Origin: Candidatus Saccharimonadota bacterium
GTDB taxonomy: Bacteria > Pseudomonadota > Gammaproteobacteria > Enterobacterales > Enterobacteriaceae
Assembly (NCBI RefSeq): GCF_012571345.1
Contig: NZ_CP046218.1
Coordinates: forward strand, 348,644-355,920
Direction: 5' to 3'
Length of the DNA stretch: 7,277 nucleotides
Shown here: piece after piece, positions 1 through 6,759 of the stretch
How positions within the stretch are numbered: the stretch's first letter is position 1
Layout: every line of letters starts with the position of its first letter
Notes under the pieces: generated by a model
Databases searched by the model: none
The model's input: the letters and a program-made list of their open reading frames with translations, nothing else
What the model was told of the DNA's origin: nothing
Translations under genes and position numbers: made by a program

Positions 1-162
1 TTAAAGAATGTAAATAATATTATAAAAAAATTAGAAAAAAAATTTAAAACTAATGAATTTATTATGAGATATTTTATTATGCAAACAAAAACAAATCGTA
101 TAACTATCTCGTCTATTTTAAAAATTAAAAATGAACGACAAGCACAAAATAAAAGACTCTAG
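1..162 (+). CDS. rpsF: 30S ribosomal protein S6, C-terminal part (5' end lies outside the window)
   Basis: Frame 1 is open from base 1 to TAG at 160-162. It translates to LKNVNNIIKKLEKKFKTNEFIMRYFIMQTKTNRITISSILKIKNERQAQNKRL. This aligns with E. coli S6 ...[47 protein letters not shown] (recalled sequence). Its position directly upstream of rpsR matches the conserved rpsF operon. It is not in the ORF track because it has no start in the window. Confidence 0.9.
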   Translation, partial: LKNVNNIIKKLEKKFKTNEFIMRYFIMQTKTNRITISSILKIKNERQAQNKRL

Positions 163-228
163 TAATTTTATAAAAATATATATTTGCATTTAATAATTAT
201 ACACACATGAAATTTATAGGAATACAAT

Positions 229-456
229 ATGATACGTTATTTTAGACGTCGTAAATTTTGTCGTTTTACGGCAGAGAAAATCAAAGAAATTGATTATAAA
301 GATATACATATTTTAAAAAATTTTATTACTGAAAGCGGGAAAATAGTGCCCAGTAGAATTACGGGAACAAAAGCTAAATATCAAAGACAATTATCTAAAG
401 CTATTAAAATTGCAAGATATTTATCTTTAATAACTTATACTGATCAACATCAATAA
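229..456 (+). CDS. rpsR: 30S ribosomal protein S18
   Basis: The 75-aa [78 protein letters not shown] is nearly colinear and highly identical to E. coli S18 ([55 protein letters not shown]...). An AGGA Shine-Dalgarno sits at 218-221, 7 nt before the ATG. The stop is TAA. Confidence 0.98.
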   Translation: MIRYFRRRKFCRFTAEKIKEIDYKDIHILKNFITESGKIVPSRITGTKAKYQRQLSKAIKIARYLSLITYTDQHQ

Positions 457-472
457 TGAGTAATATATTATT

Positions 473-928
473 ATGCAAATTATTCTATTAGATAATTTTA
501 TAGGATTAGGTAAAAAATCTGAAATTATTAGTGTTAAGCCAGGATATGCACGAAATTATTTAATTCCTAAAAATATAGGTATATTGGCCACACAAAAAAA
601 TATACATCATTTAAAAAATAAAATACAAGATTTTCAATTTAAACAATTGCAAAGTTTTAAAAATGCAGAAATACAAGCAAAAAAAATGACGGATATAAAA
701 CATATTACTATTCAGTCTAGAGCAAGCAAAACAGGTAAACTATTTGGTTCTATTAATAAAAAACATATTGTTTTAGCTTTAAAAAATATGAATTTTAACA
801 TAGAAAAAAATATTGTTATTTTACCTAAAGGTTCTATCAAATATTTAGGAAAACATATAGTATATTTTCGGTTTCATAAAAAAATTATAGCTAAAAAAAA
901 TATTAATGTTATTAGTTATAATAAATAA
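473..928 (+). CDS. rplI: 50S ribosomal protein L9
   Basis: The 151-aa ORF starts MQIILLDNFIGLGKKSEIISVKPGYARNYLIPKN, against E. coli L9 [34 protein letters not shown]. The length is close to the E. coli protein (about 149 aa) and a central GKLFGSI motif is conserved. It follows rpsR by 16 nt, as in the conserved operon. Confidence 0.97.
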   Translation: MQIILLDNFIGLGKKSEIISVKPGYARNYLIPKNIGILATQKNIHHLKNKIQDFQFKQLQSFKNAEIQAKKMTDIKHITIQSRASKTGKLFGSINKKHIVLALKNMNFNIEKNIVILPKGSIKYLGKHIVYFRFHKKIIAKKNINVISYNK

Positions 929-981
929 AATATTAAAAATAATTATTGATTTATTTAGTATGATGTTATATCATCCATTAT

Positions 982-1090
982 AGATAACGTAATTATTTTA
1001 AACAATATTATTTTTACAAACCCAGTCAGGTCTGGAAAGAAGCAGCTGTAGTAAAAACAATATGTGTTAAAAGAATAGTTGCGTTATTTT
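982..1090 (+). ncRNA. ffs: 4.5S RNA (bacterial small SRP RNA); ends approximate
   Basis: Bases 1026-1046, GTCAGGTCTGGAAAGAAGCAGC, match the universally conserved SRP domain IV core of E. coli 4.5S RNA (GUCAGGUCCGGAAGGAAGCAGC), including the GGAA tetraloop at 1034-1037. The flanks fold into one long hairpin. Pairs include 984-999 with 1072-1087 (for example ATAACG 984-989 with CGTTAT 1082-1087) and 1001-1017 with 1051-1068 (one mismatch, one bulge). Placing the tetraloop at E. coli positions 53-56 predicts a product of about 114 nt spanning roughly 982-1095. A T-rich run TTTTCTTTTT at 1087-1096 follows the 3' arm. This is the only G+C-enriched patch in the rplI-dnaX spacer. Confidence 0.85.
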
Positions 1091-1140
1091 CTTTTTATAA
1101 TATATTATTAAATACGTTAATAGTAATATATTTAATACAT

Positions 1141-2241
1141 ATGAATTCTCAAGTATTAGCACGTAAATGGCGTCCCCAGAATTTTGATGATATTATTGGA
1201 CAAAAACATGTAGTTCAAGCAATGAAACATAGCTTAGCTACCAAGATAATACATCCATCATGGATTTTATCTGGTAGTAGAGGGATCGGTAAAACTACTT
1301 TAGCAAGAATTTTTGCGATGGGTTTAAATTGTAAAAAGGGTATTACAAATAAACCATGTAATCAATGTAATATTTGTTGCAATATTAAAAATAATACTCT
1401 TTTAGATGTTATCGAATTAGATTCCGCTTTTAAAACTAAAGTTGAAGATATTAGAGATATTTTAGATACAATCAATTATTTACCCGTGCAAAGTAGGTAT
1501 AAAATATATATATTTGATGAATTTCATATGTTATCTAAACATAGCTTCAATGCTTTATTAAAAATCATAGAAGAACCACCACAACATGTAAAATTTATAT
1601 TTGCTACTACTGAACTACATAAAATACCTATTACGATACAATCAAGATGCATACAATTCCATTTAAAATTAATTGAATATAATTTAATTATAAAGAAAAT
1701 AAAAAATATTCTTGATTTAGAACATATATGTTTTGACATAAACATACTACCTATAATAGCTTATACCGCACAAGGAAGTATGAGAGATGCTTTGAGTTTA
1801 ACAAATCAATTAATTGCTATGGGTGATTTATCTACGAAAAATTTACATACTATATTAGGTATTATTGATAGCAAACATATATACTTATTATTAAGTGCTT
1901 TAAAAAATAAGTCTAATAATAAGATTTTTGATTTAATTGATCACATACGTTCTTTTGCTGTTGATTGGGAAAATATTATTACAAGGATATTGTTATTATT
2001 ACATAGTATTTTAAAAATAAAAATGTTGCATATAGAAAATAATAAAAATATTTTACACAATGTAAATATAGATATAGAAGAAATATATTATCAAAAATTA
2101 TTAGATATTTTTACAATAGCAGATATTATTTTTTTAAATAAAATCTTTATTCATGGTAAAGTTAACTTATATTTATCTCCTACGCCGCAAATTGGTTTTG
2201 AACAAATTATACTAGAAGCTATTACTTATTTTAACAAATAA
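1141..2241 (+). CDS. dnaX: DNA polymerase III clamp-loader subunit DnaX, short form (domains I-III only, 366 aa)
   Basis: The N-terminus [28 protein letters not shown] resembles E. coli [28 protein letters not shown]. Conserved elements are Walker A [9 protein letters not shown], the Zn module C-x8-C-x2-C-x2-C ([17 protein letters not shown]), Walker B DEFHML, the SRC motif [12 protein letters not shown] and sensor-2 [13 protein letters not shown]. The C-terminus [26 protein letters not shown] aligns with about residues 340-368 of E. coli DnaX, which is the end of domain III. Confidence 0.95.
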   Translation: [366 protein letters not shown]

Positions 2242-2322
2242 TTGTGTAAAATATCATGTATATAAAATATTATTTTTAAGATAGAAAAACATAATTTAAA
2301 TTTATTGTATAGGATTAAAGTA

Positions 2323-4206
2323 ATGGAAAAACCAAAAACTAAACAATTTCAATCTGAAGTAAAACAATTATTACATTTAATGATACATTCTTTATATTCA
2401 AATAAAGAAATTTTTTTAAGAGAACTAATATCAAATGCTTCTGATGCAGCTGATAAATTAAAATTTGCAGCATTATCAAACAATGATTTATATGAAAATA
2501 ATTCTTTATTAAAAATACAAATTCAAATTGATAAAAAAGAAAAAACATTAACTATTCATGATAATGGCATTGGAATGTCATATGATGAAGTTATTGAGAA
2601 TTTAGGTACTATTGCTAAATCTGGAACTAAAGAATTTATTGAATCCATTAAAAATAACCAAAATAATATAGATAAAAATACTCAATTAATAGGACAATTT
2701 GGTGTAGGATTTTATTCTGCGTTTATTGTTGCACATGAAGTTTTAGTTAAAACAAGAGCAGCAGGTTTACCATATACGCAAGGAGTATTATGGAGTTCAA
2801 AAGGAGAAGGAGAATATAATATTACTTATTGTACAAAAAAAACACGAGGAACTAGTATCATATTAAAAATTCGTGATAATGCTAATGAATTTCTTGATAC
2901 ATGGCGTATTAAAAATATTATTAGTAAATATTCTAATCATATTGCTTTACCAATAGAAATTGAAACTTTTGATAAAAAATTAAAAAAAAATATTTGGGAA
3001 CAGATTAATATAGCTCAAGCTTTATGGTTACGTAATAAAAATGATATTAGTGATAATGAATATAAAGAATTTTATAAACAACTAACACATGATTCTACCG
3101 ATCCTTTATATTGGAGTCATAATCGAGTAGAAGGTAAACAAGAATATGTTAGTTTGTTATATATTCCCGCTAATGTCCCGTGGGATATTAGAAACCGTGA
3201 TTATAAAAGTGGACTAAAATTATATGTACAACGTGTATTTATTATGGAAGATGCTGAACAATTATTACCTAAATATTTAAGATTTATACGTGGTTTAGTT
3301 GATTCTAATGATCTACCATTAAATATTTCCAGAGAAATTTTACAAAATAATACTGTAATACGTAATATGAAAACAATGTTAACAAAAAAAGTTTTAAACA
3401 TGTTATTAAAAATTACAGAAACACAAGATCTATATAATACTTTTTGGAATAAATTTGGTTTGGTGATTAAAGAAGGACCTGCTGAAGATTTTAATAATAA
3501 AGATATTATCAATAAATTATTACGTTTTGCATCTACATATAATAATAATAGTCAACAAATAGTTTCATTACAAAATTATGTAGATAGAATGATCTCAGGT
3601 CAAAAAAACATATATTTTTTAACCGCAGATAATTATAATACAGCAATTAGTAGTCCGCATTTAGAATTTTTTATACAAAAAAATATTGAAGTTCTATTAT
3701 TAACAGATCATATTGATGAATGGATGTTAAGTTATATTACAGAATTTTCAGGTAAAAAATTACAATCTATTAGTAAACAAGATGATTCACTTAACGAGTT
3801 AATTAATAAAGATAATAAAAAAGATACTGTAAAACTAGAAAAACAATTTCAACCTCTTTTAGAAAAAATACAGAAAATATTAGGTGAAAAAATTAAAAAA
3901 GTATCTTTAACAAATAGATTACTTAATACGCCTGCTATTGTAACTACAGATACAAATGAAATGAGCACGCAAATGGCAAAATTATTTGCTGCAGCTGGAC
4001 AAAAAACACCAGAAATTAAATATAATTTTGAAATTAATCCACATCATATTTTAATTAAAAAAAGTTTAAATATTACTGATGAAAATAATTTAAATAAATT
4101 TATTAATTTATTATTAGAAGAAGCAATTTTAGCAGAAAAAGGTACATTAGATAATCCTAATCAATTTATTAAAAATATAAATTATTTTTTATCTTTATCC
4201 ATGTAA
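2323..4206 (+). CDS. htpG: Hsp90-family molecular chaperone HtpG (627 aa from the ATG at 2323)
   Basis: [48 protein letters not shown] is nearly identical to the E. coli HtpG N-terminus ([48 protein letters not shown]). The protein is colinear throughout, with [42 protein letters not shown] and [15 protein letters not shown] conserved. The ORF-track start at 2305 is a TTG that adds 6 unmatched residues. The ATG at 2323 has an AGGA at 2311-2314, 8 nt upstream, and matches the E. coli N-terminus length. Confidence 0.97.
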   Translation: MEKPKTKQFQSEVKQLLHLMIHSLYSNKEIFLRELISNASDAADKLKFAALSNNDLYENNSLLKIQIQIDKKEKTLTIHDNGIGMSYDEVIENLGTIAKSGTKEFIESIKNNQNNIDKNTQLIGQFGVGFYSAFIVAHEVLVKTRAAGLPYTQGVLWSSKGEGEYNITYCTKKTRGTSIILKIRDNANEFLDTWRIKNIISKYSNHIALPIEIETFDKKLKKNIWEQINIAQALWLRNKNDISDNEYKEFYKQLTHDSTDPLYWSHNRVEGKQEYVSLLYIPANVPWDIRNRDYKSGLKLYVQRVFIMEDAEQLLPKYLRFIRGLVDSNDLPLNISREILQNNTVIRNMKTMLTKKVLNMLLKITETQDLYNTFWNKFGLVIKEGPAEDFNNKDIINKLLRFASTYNNNSQQIVSLQNYVDRMISGQKNIYFLTADNYNTAISSPHLEFFIQKNIEVLLLTDHIDEWMLSYITEFSGKKLQSISKQDDSLNELINKDNKKDTVKLEKQFQPLLEKIQKILGEKIKKVSLTNRLLNTPAIVTTDTNEMSTQMAKLFAAAGQKTPEIKYNFEINPHHILIKKSLNITDENNLNKFINLLLEEAILAEKGTLDNPNQFIKNINYFLSLSM

Positions 4207-4240
4207 TATATTATATTATAATGTAATTTAATATTTCTTT

Positions 4241-4268
4241 GATAAGATAATATAATTATTATCTTATC
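4241..4268. repeat. Perfect 12-bp inverted repeat with a 4-nt loop, 35 nt downstream of the htpG stop; possible terminator hairpin or operator
   Basis: GATAAGATAATA (4241-4252), TAAT loop (4253-4256), TATTATCTTATC (4257-4268), an exact reverse complement. It can extend across a 2x2 internal loop to TTTCT (4234-4238) paired with AGAAA (4271-4275). The stem has only 2 G:C pairs and no downstream T-run, so the terminator assignment is tentative. The repeat itself is certain. Confidence 0.5.
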
Positions 4269-4396
4269 TTAGAAACTTAAGAGAAATAGTTATATAACAT
4301 ATTATATGTTAATAGTAATAACTACTATTGTCAAAAACGTTATTATAACTTAATGTTAAATATATTTTAACTAACTTATTAAATAATAGAGATAAA

Positions 4397-4927
4397 ATGG
4401 CAGAAAAAAGAAATATATTTTTAATAGGACCTATGGGCGCTGGTAAAAGTACTATTGGACGACAATTAGCTTATTTATTAAATATGGATTTTTTCGATTC
4501 TGATCAAGAAATTGAGCGTCGTACTGGTGCAGATATTAGTTGGGTTTTTGATGTTGAAGGAGAAATAGGTTTTAGACAAAGAGAAAAAAAAATTATTGAT
4601 GAAGTTACTCATAAACAAGGTATTATTTTAGCAACTGGTGGAGGTTCAATTTTATTAAAAGAAACAAGAAAAATATTATCTTCTAGAGGAATTGTGATAT
4701 ATTTAACTACAACTATAGAACAACAAGTAAATAGAACAAAAAGAGATAAAAAACGTCCTTTATTACATAAACAAAAAGATATAATATCACAAAAAAAATT
4801 TTTTCAAACTTTAGCTAAAGATAGAAATCATTTGTATGCTAGTATAGCAGATATTACCATTGCAACAGATGAACATAGTGCTAAAATAGTTGCAAATCAA
4901 TTAGTACATTTATTAGATAATATTTAA
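4397..4927 (+). CDS. aroK: Shikimate kinase I
   Basis: The 176-aa [66 protein letters not shown] resembles E. coli Aro[64 protein letters not shown]. Walker [10 protein letters not shown], the GGG motif and RDKKRPLL are conserved. Length is similar to E. coli (about 173 aa). Confidence 0.97.
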   Translation: MAEKRNIFLIGPMGAGKSTIGRQLAYLLNMDFFDSDQEIERRTGADISWVFDVEGEIGFRQREKKIIDEVTHKQGIILATGGGSILLKETRKILSSRGIVIYLTTTIEQQVNRTKRDKKRPLLHKQKDIISQKKFFQTLAKDRNHLYASIADITIATDEHSAKIVANQLVHLLDNI

Positions 4928-4958
4928 ATATATTATAAATATTTTAAGGATTACAAAT

Positions 4959-6047
4959 ATGTATTCTTTAATGGTATCAACACAAAAACACCAATATCCT
5001 GTACACATAGGTTTTAATTTATTTAATAAACAAGAATCATTTAGTTCTTTAACAAAAAATTGTCCAGTAGTAATTATAACTAATGATACTATTTTTAATT
5101 TATATTTTATAAAATTTACTAAACAACTAAATTCAATGAACATAAAAAGTAATTATGTTCTTATACCAGAAGGAGAGCAATACAAAACATTAGACACTCT
5201 AAATATCATTTTTACATATTTATTAAAAAATAATTATAATAGAGATATTATATTAATTAGTTTAGGAGGAGGTGTTGTTGGCGATATTACTGGATTAGCT
5301 GCCTCTTTATATCAAAGAGGTATAAAATTTATACAAGTACCTACTACTCTATTAGCACAAGTAGATGCTGCTATTGGAGGAAAAACAGCAGTAAACCATG
5401 TTTTAGGGAAAAACATGATAGGTAGGTTTTACTCACCTATAGCAGTAATTAGTAATTTAGATTGTTTATATAGTTTATCTAAAAGGGAATTTATCTCTGG
5501 AATGTCTGAAGTCATCAAATATGGTATTATCTTAGATAAATTTTTTTTTAATTGGTTGGAAAAAAATGTAATTAAAATATTAAATTTATGTCCTAAAGAA
5601 ATTAATTATTGTATAAAAAAATGTTGTGAATTAAAAATTAAAGTAGTTACAGAAGATGAATATGAAGATAATAATCGGTCATTATTAAATTTAGGACATA
5701 CTTTTGGACATGCTATAGAAGCAAAAATGAATTATACATGGTTACATGGTGAAGCTGTTTCAGTTGGTATAATTATCGCGACTTTTATTGCAGAAGAATT
5801 ACAATTATTACAACATCAAGATTCTATGAGAATTATTAATATATTACAAAAATGTTCATTACCTATACGTAGTCCATTAAATATGAATGCAGAACAGTAT
5901 TTAGAATATATTTATAGAGATAAAAAAATATTAAAAAATAATATACGTATTATTATTCCAATAGAAATAGGAAAAGCTATTATTTATAATATAACTGAAA
6001 ACATAATTCTTAATGCTATTCGCAAATTACAAAATATAAATTTATAA
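4959..6047 (+). CDS. aroB: 3-dehydroquinate synthase
   Basis: The 362-aa ORF is the same length as E. coli AroB. Conserved motifs are PEGEQYK, GGGVVGDITG (NAD binding), RGIKFIQVPTTLLAQVDAAIGGKTAVNH, GKNMIG, SEVIKYGIILD, CCELK, LNLGHTFGHAIE and WLHGEAV (metal ligands). An AAGGA Shine-Dalgarno sits at 4946-4950, 8 nt before the ATG. It follows aroK by 31 nt, as in the enterobacterial aroKB operon. Confidence 0.97.
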   Translation: MYSLMVSTQKHQYPVHIGFNLFNKQESFSSLTKNCPVVIITNDTIFNLYFIKFTKQLNSMNIKSNYVLIPEGEQYKTLDTLNIIFTYLLKNNYNRDIILISLGGGVVGDITGLAASLYQRGIKFIQVPTTLLAQVDAAIGGKTAVNHVLGKNMIGRFYSPIAVISNLDCLYSLSKREFISGMSEVIKYGIILDKFFFNWLEKNVIKILNLCPKEINYCIKKCCELKIKVVTEDEYEDNNRSLLNLGHTFGHAIEAKMNYTWLHGEAVSVGIIIATFIAEELQLLQHQDSMRIINILQKCSLPIRSPLNMNAEQYLEYIYRDKKILKNNIRIIIPIEIGKAIIYNITENIILNAIRKLQNINL

Positions 6048-6087
6048 TCATCAACACATAAAATTAATTTGAATAAACTAAAATTAT

Positions 6088-6759
6088 ATGACTAAATGTT
6101 TAATTGCTGCATCAATTTTATCTGCTAATTTTGCTTGTTTAGGACAAGAAATTAATGATGTTATTCACGCAGGAGCTGATATTATACATTTTGATGTTAT
6201 GGATAATCATTATGTCCCGAATATTACTGTAGGACCAACAGTTTTAAAAGCGATACGAAATTATGGTATTGATTCTATCATCGATGTACATTTAATGACA
6301 AAACCAGTAGATAATCTTATTATTTCTTTTGCTAAAGCAGGAGCAAATTATATTACCTTCCATCCTGAAAATACATATCATGTAGATCGTAGTATTAATT
6401 TAATCAAACAATATGGTTGTAAAGCAGGTTTAGCTTTAACTCCTACAACACCTTTAAGTTATTTAGATTATGTGTTAGAAAAAATAGATATGATTTTAAT
6501 TATGGCAGTTAATCCTGGTTATGCTGGACAAAAATTTTTACCTATTATTTATAAGAAAATACAAAATATCAATAGTATAGTAAATAAACAAACGAATAAA
6601 ATTTTATTGAGTGTTGATGGTGGTATTAATACGAATAATATTTCTAAAATTGTAATTTGTGGTGCTGATATATTAGTCATTGGATCATTTATTTTTAATA
6701 ATACTATGTCTTACATACAAACTATTAAATGTATTAAAAAAAATATATTTATTAAATAA
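6088..6759 (+). CDS. rpe: Ribulose-phosphate 3-epimerase
   Basis: The 223-aa ORF contains LIAASILSANFACLG, GADIIHFDVMDNHYVPNITVGP, IDVHLM, ITFHPE, GCKAGLALTPTTPLSYLDYV, MAVNPGYAGQKF and VDGG. It is colinear with E. coli Rpe (MKQYLIAPSILSADFARLG..HFDVMDNHYVPNLTIGP..VNPGFGGQSF..VDGG). Confidence 0.97.
   Translation: MTKCLIAASILSANFACLGQEINDVIHAGADIIHFDVMDNHYVPNITVGPTVLKAIRNYGIDSIIDVHLMTKPVDNLIISFAKAGANYITFHPENTYHVDRSINLIKQYGCKAGLALTPTTPLSYLDYVLEKIDMILIMAVNPGYAGQKFLPIIYKKIQNINSIVNKQTNKILLSVDGGINTNNISKIVICGADILVIGSFIFNNTMSYIQTIKCIKKNIFIK

Noticed and set aside
946-974. Sigma-70-like hexamers TTGATT (946-951)-N17-TATCAT (969-974), which would start transcription near the predicted ffs 5' end; also TTGTCA (4328-4333)-N17-TAATGT (4351-4356) upstream of aroK and TATAAT at 1096-1101 upstream of dnaX
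   Set aside because: The positions are plausible, especially for ffs. However, TATAAT-like and TTGnnn-like hexamers occur by chance every few dozen bases in DNA that is about 80% A+T, so sequence alone does not support calling them as features. They need transcription-start mapping.
1524-1745. 73-aa ORF on the minus strand inside dnaX
   Set aside because: It is fully antisense to the best-conserved part of dnaX (Walker B and SRC region). The product is a low-complexity Ile/Phe/Cys-rich peptide with no recognisable motif. This looks like the chance ORFs common opposite AT-rich genes, where stop codons are depleted on the antisense frame.
2305-2322. ORF-track start of htpG at TTG 2305 (MYRIKV extension)
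   Set aside because: The extension has no counterpart in HtpG orthologues. The ATG at 2323 gives an N-terminus colinear with E. coli HtpG and has AGGA 8 nt upstream (2311-2314). That AGGA would lie inside the coding sequence if 2305 were the start.
2339-2548. 69-aa minus-strand ORF overlapping the htpG 5' region
   Set aside because: It is antisense to the highly conserved HtpG ATPase N-terminus, has no Shine-Dalgarno, and its composition (F/L/I/Q-rich) simply mirrors the sense-strand Lys, Asn and Glu codons.
3201-3512. 103-aa minus-strand ORF inside htpG
   Set aside because: It is antisense to the conserved middle domain (LYVQRVFIM...[16 protein letters not shown]), with no recognisable family signature and no ribosome-binding site. 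I treat it as a shadow ORF.
4246-4263. Fur-box-like GATAAT...ATTATC inverted hexamers within the 12-bp inverted repeat
   Set aside because: The hexamers are separated by 6 nt rather than following the canonical 19-bp GATAATGATAATCATTATC or 7-1-7 layout. The motif is pure AT-rich sequence, which is common here. Neither htpG nor aroK is an iron-regulated gene, and many reduced symbionts lack fur.
4306-4353. 15-codon mini-[18 protein letters not shown] in the htpG-aroK spacer, superficially like an Ile/Val/Thr-rich attenuator leader peptide overlapping the hairpins
   Set aside because: There is no Shine-Dalgarno upstream and no downstream G+C-rich terminator or alternative antiterminator pairing. 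aroK is not a branched-chain amino-acid gene. At this base composition ATT, ATA, GTT and ACT codons dominate any random frame, so an I/V/T-rich peptide is expected by chance.
4913-5143. 76-aa minus-strand ORF spanning the aroK-aroB junction
   Set aside because: It overlaps the aroK 3' end and the aroB 5' end on the opposite strand. It has hydrophobic low-complexity sequence and no homology I can recognise. The co-directional aroKB arrangement with an AAGGA Shine-Dalgarno for aroB explains the region completely.
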